A stretch of DNA of 64,000 bases from a bacterium (GTDB lineage Bacteria > Zixibacteria > MSB-5A5 > GN15 > FEB-12): NCBI GenBank assembly GCA_043811375.1, contig JBDRNJ010000072.1:64001-128000 (forward strand). The letters run 5' to 3'. How positions within the stretch are numbered: the stretch's first letter is position 1; each line of letters begins with the position of its first letter. Position numbers and translations under genes: made by a program. The notes under the pieces were generated by a model. The model ran no database searches. It was not told where the DNA came from and was given only the letters and a program-made list of their open reading frames with translations. Positions 39,974-49,616 of the stretch are shown piece after piece.

Positions 39974-40896
39974 TACACTTACTATATAGAAAACCATGGC
40001 CAGCTCTTGTTGATAGAGCCATTCGGAGAAAGGCCCGCAAGATATCAGGGACGTTATTGACAGCAGGGGTGATGACAATCCTGGTCACGGGGATGGCCGT
40101 TGCCGACAGCGTGCCGTTTGATCCGACCCGCGGCCTGGTGGAAGTACCGGTGATTATCGACGGTCGCGTCAACGGCTCTTTAGGGATCGATACCGGCGCC
40201 GACCGACTGTATATTGACAGCACTTTCGCCCACCGCAACGGCCTGTCATTTGTGCGCTCAATTCCGCAACGCCCGGTAACCGGTATCGAGGGCACCAGCC
40301 CGGCCGGGGTTGTTGAAATCCGTTCCTTACGGGTGGGTGGAGATGCCCTCTTTAACCTGCAGGCTACCGCTATCGACCTGCACAAATTGATCCGGGACCA
40401 GAGTCACGGGTTTCCGGACGGATTGATCGGGCATGAATTTCTGCGGCGATTTTATGTAACCGTGGACTATCCCGGCCGATCCCTGAAACTTGAGATGGGT
40501 TTGCCGGATTTCAAGAAAAGTGGCGGTGCCGATCTTATCGGTTCGATTGATTTCTCGACCCATCGTCACCTGATCGTGGTCGAGGTCACCTTTGACAGTG
40601 GCGTTACGGCTCCTATGATTTTGGACTACTGTGCCTCTTACACCGCTGTTTCCAGGTCGCTGGCGAATCGCCTGGGGCTGAATGCGGAACATAATAAAAG
40701 GCAGATAGTACCCTTTATGAGCATCGGCAGTATTCTCAACGCGTCACAGGTTCCGGTGGTGGTTACCGACCTGTCACATTTCAAAAAGTCTCTGCGCTGG
40801 ACGAGATTTGAAGGTATCGTGGGGGCCAGTTTTCTGCACAAGTACAAGCTGACTATCGACTACAAGGCGGACAGGATCTACGTTCACCGGAGATGA
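39970..40896 (+). CDS. Exported retropepsin-like aspartic protease with two domains
   Basis: IDTGAD...GLIGHEFL and LDYCAS...GIVGASFL. Start uncertain (39970-40072). Confidence 0.7.
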   Translation: MIHLLYRKPWPALVDRAIRRKARKISGTLLTAGVMTILVTGMAVADSVPFDPTRGLVEVPVIIDGRVNGSLGIDTGADRLYIDSTFAHRNGLSFVRSIPQRPVTGIEGTSPAGVVEIRSLRVGGDALFNLQATAIDLHKLIRDQSHGFPDGLIGHEFLRRFYVTVDYPGRSLKLEMGLPDFKKSGGADLIGSIDFSTHRHLIVVEVTFDSGVTAPMILDYCASYTAVSRSLANRLGLNAEHNKRQIVPFMSIGSILNASQVPVVVTDLSHFKKSLRWTRFEGIVGASFLHKYKLTIDYKADRIYVHRR

Positions 40897-40927
40897 TGTG
40901 AGGTTTGCATCGTATCCCATGTAGTCG

Positions 40928-40968
40928 GCAGGTCACGCCGACACGGGGCGTGTCAAAATGAATGTCAA
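40928..40968 (+). repeat. REP-like element, copy B
   Basis: GCAGGTCACGCCGACACGGGGCGTGTCAAAATGAATGT; abuts the rpiB stop codon. Confidence 0.7.
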
Positions 40969-41426
40969 GCCCCAAATGGGCTTGACCTACCGGACTCAGC
41001 ACGGCGTATTTTGTCCAACCTCGTGATATGCCGCCCACCCTCAAACTCAGTCTGCAGGAACTGACGGACTATCTCCTCCAGTTGATCCTCGGGAGTATAC
41101 TTCGATGCCAGAGAAAGAACATTGGCGTCGTTGTGCAAGCGAGTGAGATGAGCCATATCCGCGTTCAGGGCCAGTCCGGCACGAACCCCGCGAACCTTGT
41201 TGGCAGTGATATTCATGCCGTTGCCGGTCCAGCAGATAGTAATACCACGGTCAACCTCGCCTGAGGCTACTGCATTCGCCACCCGCAGGCCGAAGTCGGG
41301 GTAATCGACCGACTCGGTAGAATCGGTCCCGAAATCAACTACCTCGTGCCCCAGGCCGGTTAATATCTGCTCGACCTTCTGCTTGAATTCAAATCCTTTA
41401 TGGTCGGCACCAATGGCAATTTTCAT
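40965..41426 (-). CDS. rpiB: Ribose-5-phosphate isomerase B
   Basis: Motifs IGADHKG, VDYPD, ICWTGNG..ANK, HNDANVL and FEGGRH. Confidence 0.92.
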   Translation of the reverse strand: MKIAIGADHKGFEFKQKVEQILTGLGHEVVDFGTDSTESVDYPDFGLRVANAVASGEVDRGITICWTGNGMNITANKVRGVRAGLALNADMAHLTRLHNDANVLSLASKYTPEDQLEEIVRQFLQTEFEGGRHITRLDKIRRAESGRSSPFGA

Positions 41427-42365
41427 TCAGACAGCTACTTTCTTGTATTTTGGAACCGGCGTCAGCCAGTGGTGCTTGTCTTCACTGCGACCCTCGACCA
41501 CGTCAAAGAAAGCGGATTGGAGTTGCCGTGTCAGCGGACCGGCTTTACCCTCGCCAATGGCTATATCATCGATCCTGGAAATGGGCGTGATTTCAGCAGC
41601 GGTACCGGTAAAGAAGACTTCATCGGCCAGGTAGAGCGCCTCGCGGGGCACGTTCTGTTCAATCACCTTCATTCCCATATCCTGGGCCAGACGAATGACC
41701 GAACTGCGGGTAATACCGGGCAGAATCGATGCGGAAAAAGTGGGTGTAATCAGGGTCCCCCGGCGGACCAGGAAGATGTTCTCCGCTGAACCCTCCGAGA
41801 CATTCCCGGCAACATCGAGAGCGATTCCCTCAACATAACCGTGACTGACTGCTTCCATCTTGATCAATTGGCTGTTCATGTAGTTGGCTCCGGCCTTGGC
41901 CATGGCCGGCATGGTGTTGGGAGCGATACGGTTCCACGACGAAAAACATACCGAGACGCCCTTCTCCATCGCTTCTTCACCTAAGTATTGCCCCCACGGC
42001 CAGGTTGCGATAGCCACATCGACCGGACAATTGGAGGGATCAACGCCCAGGGTCCCGAAGCCACGGTAAACAATCGGTCTGATATAGCAGGCATCAAGAT
42101 CGTTGGCGCCGATGGTATTGAGCATAGCCTCGTTAATCTGCTGTTTGGTGTAGGGGATTTCCATGCGGTAGATCTTGGCCGAGTTGAACAGGCGCTCGGT
42201 GTGGTCCTTCAGTCGAAAAACAGCCGGGCCGTTCGGCGTCTTGTACACCCGTATCCCCTCGAAAACGGATGAGCCATAGTGGATCACATGGGAGCAGATA
42301 TGAATCCTGGCATCGTCCCAGGGTATCAGCTTGCCGTTCATCCAGATGTATTTGGTGGGGGTCAT
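41427..42365 (-). CDS. ilvE: Branched-chain amino acid aminotransferase
   Basis: Motifs HYGSSVFEGIR, YIRP, AKAGANY, EGSAENIF, ILPGITR and GTAAEITP. GGAGG RBS before ATG 42365. Confidence 0.95.
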   Translation of the reverse strand: MTPTKYIWMNGKLIPWDDARIHICSHVIHYGSSVFEGIRVYKTPNGPAVFRLKDHTERLFNSAKIYRMEIPYTKQQINEAMLNTIGANDLDACYIRPIVYRGFGTLGVDPSNCPVDVAIATWPWGQYLGEEAMEKGVSVCFSSWNRIAPNTMPAMAKAGANYMNSQLIKMEAVSHGYVEGIALDVAGNVSEGSAENIFLVRRGTLITPTFSASILPGITRSSVIRLAQDMGMKVIEQNVPREALYLADEVFFTGTAAEITPISRIDDIAIGEGKAGPLTRQLQSAFFDVVEGRSEDKHHWLTPVPKYKKVAV

Positions 42366-42461
42366 GTCTTTCTTTCCTCCTTGCCGTCCGCTGTACTCTG
42401 CAATCTTTCCATTCAATAATACAAGATACCGGCGACATTTTCAATTGGAATTCTCGCTTTC

Positions 42462-42602
42462 AGGTCTGTTGATAAACATAACAAACGTCATAGCGAGGGG
42501 ACAAGTCCCCTTTATTGACGTGGCTATCTCGTTGACATTCAATATCCGAGATTGCCACGCTGTCGCTCGCAATGACGAGAATGGAACTTTATCAACAAGC
42601 CC
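42462..42602 (-). mobile_element. MITE-like element, copy 2 (141 bp)
   Basis: The reverse complement matches 27304-27434 apart from an internal loop replacement and a few substitutions. Confidence 0.75.
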
Positions 42603-42776
42603 TTTTGCCGGTTACAGGCTCGGATGTCAGGCAACTGCTATTCCGACAATGGGCGAATAATCTTGTTGATTGGGCCGACCTGTCAGCTACCTTATTGACC
42701 TTATTATATCAGGATCGCTGTTCCCGGCGAGGACAGTGTTGATCTGTTCATCGTCGCAGTTTCCAGGGAGGAAAGC

Positions 42777-44222
42777 GTGGACTCCAATTTTGTACTAGCA
42801 GCCTCGTTTGTCGCCTATACCGCCGGTATTATTATCATCGGTATTTATTCGACCCGGCGACGCAAGCGCACCGAAGATGATTTTGTGCTGGCCAATCGTG
42901 AACTGGGTCCCTGGGCGTCGGCCCTGTCGGCCTCGGCCAGCGCCGAATCGGGCTGGGTAATGTTGGGCCTGGTGGGTGAAGCCTACCTGTTCGGCCTGTC
43001 GGCTTTCTGGATCGTGCCGGGCATTGCCGCCGGGTACCTGTTCAACTGGTTTGTCATAGCGGAGCGTTTGCGCCGCAGTACCAAAGAGTCCGGCGTCGTC
43101 ACACTTCCACAGTATATATTGAGCCGTTTCGGCGGTGATTCGGTATTGCTGCGAGTCATTCCGGTAGCCATCATCACGGTCGCCATGCTGGCTTATGTGG
43201 CCGCCCAAATGAATGCCGCCGGTAAGGCGTTCGACGCCGTGTTTCACCTGCCCTACTGGCTGGGTGTCATGATCGGCGCCGCGGTGATTATGACCTACAC
43301 GATTACGGGTGGGTTTCGCGCCATCTGCTGGACGGACATCATCCAGGCCGGTTTCATGTTAGTGGCGCTGATCGGTATGCCTTTGATTACTCTGTCGAAA
43401 ATTGGCGGTTGGGATGCGTTTGTCACCCAGGTGAGCGTTATCGATCCCAACACTCTGACCTGGGCGGGCGGCAAGATCGGATTCGGAATGCTCGGTTTTG
43501 TAATAGGACTGCTGGGCATCGGCCTAGGCTACCCGGGTCAACCTCACGTATTGTCGAGGTTCATGGCCGTCAAAGACAGCCGATCCGTCAAACGAGGCGG
43601 CACCATCGCGATCTCATGGATGGTGCTGGTGTATGTCGGCGCCGTTTTCTTCGGCCTGTTTGCCAAGGTTGCCTTTGGGGTCATGGACGACCCGGAGCAA
43701 GCCCTGCCCCGTGCGGTGGGAGAGTTCCTGCCCCCGATACTGGGCGGGTTTGTGGTGGCTGCGATAGTTTCGGCTATCTGCTCTACCGCTGATTCTCAAC
43801 TGATCGTCGTTTCATCGACCATCTCCCGGGACGTACTGCCTTTTTTGAGCAAGCACCGGGATACCGGGAGCTTTGAACGAACGCAACTGCTGGATCGACT
43901 GATGCTGGTTGTCCTGGCGGTGTTGTCGGTATTGTTCGCGTTGTCGGAGAACCGGGTGATTTTCGAGTTTGTGTTATATGCCTGGTCGGGGCTGGGGGCG
44001 TCATTCGGGCCGGTGGTGATTCTGGGATTATTATGGAAGAAAACCACTAAGGCCGGTGCTATTGCCGGCATGTTGACCGGCAGCATAGTCACTGTTATCT
44101 GGAGGAACATCCCGCCACTTAAGACGGCAATGTATGAACTGGTGCCGGCTTTTCTTTTGGCCGTGACAGCGGTATGGCTGGTTAGTCTTTTCTCTCGTAA
44201 AGACAGCCGGCGCTCGGTGTAA
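42777..44222 (+). CDS. putP: Sodium/proline symporter (SSS family)
   Basis: Motifs ALSASASAESGW, GGFRAICWTD, GLGYPGQPH, STADSQL and AWSGLGASFGP. Confidence 0.85.
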   Translation: MDSNFVLAASFVAYTAGIIIIGIYSTRRRKRTEDDFVLANRELGPWASALSASASAESGWVMLGLVGEAYLFGLSAFWIVPGIAAGYLFNWFVIAERLRRSTKESGVVTLPQYILSRFGGDSVLLRVIPVAIITVAMLAYVAAQMNAAGKAFDAVFHLPYWLGVMIGAAVIMTYTITGGFRAICWTDIIQAGFMLVALIGMPLITLSKIGGWDAFVTQVSVIDPNTLTWAGGKIGFGMLGFVIGLLGIGLGYPGQPHVLSRFMAVKDSRSVKRGGTIAISWMVLVYVGAVFFGLFAKVAFGVMDDPEQALPRAVGEFLPPILGGFVVAAIVSAICSTADSQLIVVSSTISRDVLPFLSKHRDTGSFERTQLLDRLMLVVLAVLSVLFALSENRVIFEFVLYAWSGLGASFGPVVILGLLWKKTTKAGAIAGMLTGSIVTVIWRNIPPLKTAMYELVPAFLLAVTAVWLVSLFSRKDSRRSV

Positions 44223-44332
44223 GCGACCGTCCGGTCGGGAGCTGCCCGGCAGTGGTGTCCCCGATCAGGAGTGAATACCGACACCGCAAAAGAGGTTGAA
44301 CCGGTCCGAGCAATTATATATATAAGGTTGAC

Positions 44333-46009
44333 ATGGAAGATCAACAGATCGGCAGCTACCGTATTCTGAAGAAAATCGGGGCAGGTGGAATGGCCAAAGT
44401 CTATCTGGCCGTTCACCGTGATGTGCCGAATTTGAAAGTCATCCTGAAGATACTGAGCAACCCCCGCCTGGCCGAACGGTTCAAGCAGGAGGCTGACAAG
44501 CTGGCGTTGCTTGACGGTCACCCTAATATATGTCGTATCAAGCACTTCTTCAGTCACAAAGAGAACACTGTCATTGCCATGGAGTACATCGACGGTGTCA
44601 CCCTTGAGGACAGGATCAAAAGCGAAGGCCTGTGTCCGATCGACGAATCGCTGCAGATCATCAGCGACGTGCTGAACATCCTGGATTTCGCCCACCAGAA
44701 GGGCATTTACCACCGCGATATCAAACCGGGCAATATCATGCTCGACCGCCAGGGACAGGTTAAGATCATTGATTTCGGCATTGCCAAAGCGAAGACCGAC
44801 CCCAACCTGACGATGGCCGGTACAGCCTGCGGCACACCGGCCTACATGGCCCCGGAGCAGTTCACGCCTGCCGAGGACACCGATTACGCGCTGGTTGACG
44901 TCTATGCTACCGGAACCAGCCTGTATGTAATGTTGACCGGACAGGTGCCATTCAGCGGCGACAATGAATTTGCTATTCGTGATGCCAAACTTTTTTCGGC
45001 ACCTCCACCGCCCAGTTCGCTGAACCCGAACATTCCAAGATCGGTGGAGCAGCTTATTCTCAAATCCCTGGCCAAGGAACCGCAGCAGCGGTTTCAGAGC
45101 GCCCGGGAGATGCAAACCGCAGTTGATGACGTGCGCCACGGGACCAGAGCAGGTGATCGCCCCGATCCCTCTGGTATCACGATCGACATCAGGCAGAGCA
45201 ATAAGCTACCCGGCAAGAGTAAAATGCCCTGGTTGATTGGCGCGGCGCTGATTCTGGTGGCGGCTGCGGCTGCTTACTATTTTCTGGCCCGGGGACCGTC
45301 TGCTGAGGGCACACTGGCATTCAGTGTCATACCTGAAGGAGATGTCTATGTCGATGACAGCCTTATCGGGCAGTCCATTTCGTCGGCATCGGTAATCTGC
45401 GCGGCGGGACGGCACATTGTGCACGTTCGCAATGCCGAGGCAACAGTAGCTGTTCTGGGTGACACGGTAATGCTCGAGAAAGACACAATACTGACACTGC
45501 GCTATGACTTTTCGAGTTTTATTCCCCCGCCGATGGGGACACTGGAGATCAACGTCGATCCCTGGGGCGACGTTTACGTTGATGACAGTCTGGTGGCGGA
45601 CAGCACCACCAGTGTAGACGTGGCATGTGAGGTCGGAGATCATTCCGTTCGTGTCGAAAACAACCGCGCCACCCGACGGACCCGGCAGGAAACGGTATCG
45701 CTGGCCGCCGACACAGTTTTGCGACTGACCTATAACTTCACCTTCCCCGCCGCCGACAAACCTCAGGTGACAGAACAAGATCCGGCGCCGGCAGCGGGAG
45801 AAGTCCGGATCGGTTCCCGACCGGCCGGTGCGGATGTCTACATCGACGGCAAGAAGCAGTCACTAAAGACGATCAACACCTTCTGGCTGTTGCCGGGGAA
45901 CCACACTATCAGCGTTCGATTGGACAACCAGGGCTGGCGGGCCGATACGACCCTGCTGGTAAAGGGAGACAGCCTTCATCTGGTGAGTTATGACTTTTTA
46001 GACAGATAG
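44333..46009 (+). CDS. Hanks-type Ser/Thr kinase with a TM segment and extracytoplasmic PEGA-like domains
   Basis: GAGGMAKVY, HRDIKPGN, DFG, GTPAYMAPE, a TM segment, and three P.GDVYVDD/P.GADVYIDG repeats. Confidence 0.92.
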   Translation: MEDQQIGSYRILKKIGAGGMAKVYLAVHRDVPNLKVILKILSNPRLAERFKQEADKLALLDGHPNICRIKHFFSHKENTVIAMEYIDGVTLEDRIKSEGLCPIDESLQIISDVLNILDFAHQKGIYHRDIKPGNIMLDRQGQVKIIDFGIAKAKTDPNLTMAGTACGTPAYMAPEQFTPAEDTDYALVDVYATGTSLYVMLTGQVPFSGDNEFAIRDAKLFSAPPPPSSLNPNIPRSVEQLILKSLAKEPQQRFQSAREMQTAVDDVRHGTRAGDRPDPSGITIDIRQSNKLPGKSKMPWLIGAALILVAAAAAYYFLARGPSAEGTLAFSVIPEGDVYVDDSLIGQSISSASVICAAGRHIVHVRNAEATVAVLGDTVMLEKDTILTLRYDFSSFIPPPMGTLEINVDPWGDVYVDDSLVADSTTSVDVACEVGDHSVRVENNRATRRTRQETVSLAADTVLRLTYNFTFPAADKPQVTEQDPAPAAGEVRIGSRPAGADVYIDGKKQSLKTINTFWLLPGNHTISVRLDNQGWRADTTLLVKGDSLHLVSYDFLDR

Positions 46010-46084
46010 TACTTTGGTCAGCCGGATGCCTGACCTATATTTACAAGGGAATAGTAGGACACCTCAGTCACAAGGAGCATAGTT

Positions 46085-47140
46085 ATGAGAAGGCGACACA
46101 GTAACATCCTGTTTGGCGGTATCCTCGTTGCCGTCATAATGGGAATCGGGCTGCCGGGCGTAACCGTGGCCCAGGAAGAGGTAACCATCGCCGAAAAGCT
46201 GTCGGAGGCGTTGCAGCTTTACTACCCACCGGAGATGGCTTTCGAAAAGGGGATTGCCATGGCGGAAGAACTGTTCAAGCGGGATGACCTGCTGCCGCAG
46301 GACAGTATCGCCATTTACGAGGTTCTCAGTATCCTGACCTACGCCAAAGGTGAGAAATTCCACCGGCTTTCTTTTAATTACCTGGACAAGATTTCCGGCG
46401 TTGGTCCCTGTGTCATTCAACTGCCCCATGACATCTGGCCGGCTGAGTTAAGGGACAAATGGTATGAGTTGCTCAAAGCCAAAGAAAGCCTGGCCTGTCC
46501 CCAGGATGCCAAATCAGACATCAAGACTCTGGCCATCATGGAGTTTGACAATTTTTCAATCGGCAAGTACCAACAGGAATTAGGGCCGATCGGCAAAGGC
46601 CTGGCTGATTTATTCGAGCATGATTTCAAGAAAATCAGCACTTTACGCATTGTTGAAAGAGACAAAATCAACTACGTGCTCAAGGAGCACGAGTTGCAGC
46701 AATCGGGAGCGGTAGACCGGGCGACGGCGGTCCGGGCCGGTAAGATACTCGGCGCCAAATACATGGTTTTCGGCAGTATCACCCAGGTGGACGATAATCA
46801 CACCCGTATGGTGGTCAAAGTTGTCAGTGTCGAAACATCGGAGATTGTCACCTCCGTTGATCGCGAGGGCAAACCGTTGTACTTCAAGCTGGAGAAGGAA
46901 CTGGTTGAGGAGCTGGCCAAGAAACTTGATATCCAGTTTGACGACGATGTCAGCGCCCTGATCAAACAGGGAGGCACCGAATCGCTCGACGCTACCACCT
47001 TCTATTCCAAGGGATTGGAGTACCAGGACCGTTACGATTACAAGAAAGCTTACGAGTTCTTCAAGAAGGCTTACGACCTGGACAACAGTTTCGTCGAAGC
47101 CAAGCGCAAGATGGAAATTTATGAACCTCTCGCCAGTTAA
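46085..47140 (+). CDS. Exported CsgG/HfaB(TolB-N)-like domain protein with TPR-like ends
   Basis: Signal peptide, LAIMEFDN, IVERDKINYVLKE, AGKILGAKYMVFGSI, and a C-terminal TPR. Confidence 0.75.
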   Translation: MRRRHSNILFGGILVAVIMGIGLPGVTVAQEEVTIAEKLSEALQLYYPPEMAFEKGIAMAEELFKRDDLLPQDSIAIYEVLSILTYAKGEKFHRLSFNYLDKISGVGPCVIQLPHDIWPAELRDKWYELLKAKESLACPQDAKSDIKTLAIMEFDNFSIGKYQQELGPIGKGLADLFEHDFKKISTLRIVERDKINYVLKEHELQQSGAVDRATAVRAGKILGAKYMVFGSITQVDDNHTRMVVKVVSVETSEIVTSVDREGKPLYFKLEKELVEELAKKLDIQFDDDVSALIKQGGTESLDATTFYSKGLEYQDRYDYKKAYEFFKKAYDLDNSFVEAKRKMEIYEPLAS

Positions 47141-47181
47141 GAGCTGACGGGAAGTTATGACCCGCATTCTGAGAGGTAGAG

Positions 47182-48492
47182 ATGTTGATTAAAAACCTGA
47201 CATGGCTGCTGCTGGCGTTGCTGCTGGTCGGGTGTTCTCAAAGCCTGTATATGCAGGGACGTAGACACCTCGAAAAAGGCGATTTTGATCCGGCTATTGC
47301 TGCCTTTTACCAGGAGATTAGTGTCAATCCCACCAGCGCCCGGGCCTGGCGGGAATTGGGAGTGGCTTTCTACGAAAAAGGGGATCTGGCAAAAGCCGAA
47401 GACGCGCTAAAACAGGCCAACCAGATAGCACCCGATGCCCGTACCCATTTGTACTTCGGTCTGATCTACGAACAGCAGGAGGAGTACGGCAAGGCCCTGG
47501 GTGCCTACACCCTGTCGCTGAGCCTGAAACCCGGCGGTAAAACGGCTTCGCTGATCCGGTCGCACCTGGACCGGCTGGTGATGAAAAAACTGGAAAGGGA
47601 TGCTGCGCTGGCTGTCGACAATGAATCGGCCATTGACACCGATACGATTCCGGCCAACACTGTCGCCGTTACCAATTTCGATGGTTCGTCGCTGTCGGCG
47701 GAACTGGCTCCCCTGGCTCGCGGTCTGGCCGAACTCACCTCCATCGATCTGGCTAAAGTGCGCGCCTTGACGGTAGTAGAGAGAACCAAGCTGGATTTGC
47801 TTCTCAGGGAACTGGAACTGGGGGTGTCCGGTGTTGTTGATCCGGCCACGGCTCCCAGGCTTGGCCGCCTGATGGGCAGTCGCAAATTGATTACCGGCTC
47901 GGTGCTTAGTATCGGAGAGGACGGTCTGAAGCTGGATGCGGCCGTAGTCAGCACTATCGACAGTACCACCTTACGACCTGAAGGTGTGGAAGGAGAACTG
48001 ACGAAGTTCTTCCACGCACAGAAACAACTGGTGTTCAGCATACTTGAGGAACTGAGTATCAAGTTGTCGGCCGAGGAACGCGATGCTATCGAAGAAATTC
48101 CCACCGAATCGTTCCTGGCATTTATGGCTTACTCGCGAGGTCTGGAATATCTCAGCCGGGGACCACAGTGGTACGGCGCCGCTGAGCGGGAATTCAAGAA
48201 TGCTGTTGAACATGATGGGAATTTCCAGCCCGCCAGAGAGCAAACCAACACGGTTACACAATTGCAGAATGAAGGCAGCTACGAGCAATCATACAGCCAA
48301 TTTGAAACGACTGTCAGACAGGAAAGCAACCAGGGTGTTGTCTCCTCACGCGGCCTGGATGGCGCCCTTGGCACTGTTGCACATAATTCGGGAATAATCC
48401 CCGGTCCCACCGACCGGCCACCGGCCAACGCCCTGCCGGTAACCGGCCAGACTGTCAGCTTCAAAATCACAGGTGATCTCGATGCACGATAA
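47182..48492 (+). CDS. TPR plus CsgG-like domain lipoprotein
   Basis: Lipobox LVGC, about three TPRs, VAVTNF, VVERTKL and LGRLMGSRKLITGSV. Confidence 0.75.
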   Translation: MLIKNLTWLLLALLLVGCSQSLYMQGRRHLEKGDFDPAIAAFYQEISVNPTSARAWRELGVAFYEKGDLAKAEDALKQANQIAPDARTHLYFGLIYEQQEEYGKALGAYTLSLSLKPGGKTASLIRSHLDRLVMKKLERDAALAVDNESAIDTDTIPANTVAVTNFDGSSLSAELAPLARGLAELTSIDLAKVRALTVVERTKLDLLLRELELGVSGVVDPATAPRLGRLMGSRKLITGSVLSIGEDGLKLDAAVVSTIDSTTLRPEGVEGELTKFFHAQKQLVFSILEELSIKLSAEERDAIEEIPTESFLAFMAYSRGLEYLSRGPQWYGAAEREFKNAVEHDGNFQPAREQTNTVTQLQNEGSYEQSYSQFETTVRQESNQGVVSSRGLDGALGTVAHNSGIIPGPTDRPPANALPVTGQTVSFKITGDLDAR

Positions 48493-49603
48493 TACAGCTG
48501 TCAAATGGACCGGGTCCGTGCTGACCGTCCTGGCGGTGCTTCTGCTGGTGTCGCCGGTGCAGAGCCAGATTCGTTTCGGGCAACCGACGTACGGCGACGT
48601 GCAGATCGTGTACAGCCACTGGAGTTTGAAACAGGCCGATACAACCACGGAAATCAACCAGATGACAATACCGGTTACCGGATTTGTCCCTCTCAAAGAG
48701 AATGTGGAAGCCATTTTCTATATTGTCAGTTCGTCCAATACTTTGAAGGCTTCTCAGACGGATTTCAGTTTGTCGGGAATGGGTGACGCCCGGATGCAGG
48801 TTAACCACTCCTTTATGAATGACCAGTTGCTGCTGAGTCTCGGCGTGAACATGCCGACCGGCAAAAAGAAGCTCACCATCGACGAAGAGTTGCTGGTGGT
48901 ACAAGTGCTTTCGCAGAACTACCTCTCATTCCCAATGCGCCGGTTTGGCGAGGGATTCGGTTTCAGCGCTCTTCTGGGAGGCGCTCAGATGCTGGGCGAT
49001 CTGCGCTGCGGGGTGGGCGTTATGTACCAGGTCAACGGCGAGTATGAACCATACGCCGGTTCTGATAAGTACGACCCGGGAGACGTATTGAGTGTCAATG
49101 CTACGGCCGACTGGCAGAACGACCGTACGACCGTCACCAGTGAGATGATCTTTGCTGCTTATGGTGCCGACAAGTTTGCCGGAAGCAACGCCTTCAAACA
49201 GAGCACACAACTTACCGGACGCCTGCGTGTCGTTCACAAAAGCGAAGCTTTTGATGCGGGGGGAGGTCTGAGCTATCTGGCTCGCGGCCGCAACTCCTTT
49301 TTCTACCCGAATAGTACGCAACGTCTTTTTGGCAACGAGTTTATGATCGATGCCAACCTGACGCGAGGTTTCGCCGAACACTGGCGGTTTACTCCCACCG
49401 CGGAGATTCGAATGATCAGCGCTGCCGAGAATAACCAACCCGGCACCGCCAGTATTGTCGGACTGGGCGGCACTGTCGGCCGAACCTTCGGTTCCCAGAC
49501 CACCATTGCCGTAGGAGGCAAATACTTTACCGGCGATGCCGATGGCGGGAATATAGACCTGAGTGGTTTCCAGATAAACGCCAACCTGACAGTGAGCATG
49601 TAG
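48482..49603 (+). CDS. Outer-membrane beta-barrel protein (MetA-pathway-like LSGMGD/PTG motifs)
   Basis: Signal peptide, alternating amphipathic strands, SGMGD, NMPTGK and YDPGD. Confidence 0.6.
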   Translation: MHDNTAVKWTGSVLTVLAVLLLVSPVQSQIRFGQPTYGDVQIVYSHWSLKQADTTTEINQMTIPVTGFVPLKENVEAIFYIVSSSNTLKASQTDFSLSGMGDARMQVNHSFMNDQLLLSLGVNMPTGKKKLTIDEELLVVQVLSQNYLSFPMRRFGEGFGFSALLGGAQMLGDLRCGVGVMYQVNGEYEPYAGSDKYDPGDVLSVNATADWQNDRTTVTSEMIFAAYGADKFAGSNAFKQSTQLTGRLRVVHKSEAFDAGGGLSYLARGRNSFFYPNSTQRLFGNEFMIDANLTRGFAEHWRFTPTAEIRMISAAENNQPGTASIVGLGGTVGRTFGSQTTIAVGGKYFTGDADGGNIDLSGFQINANLTVSM

Positions 49604-49616
49604 GAAGGTGAGAACT

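Noticed and set aside
43796..45139. 447-aa minus-strand ORF
   Set aside because: It is an antisense shadow of the kinase and putP genes, both of which have clear motifs.
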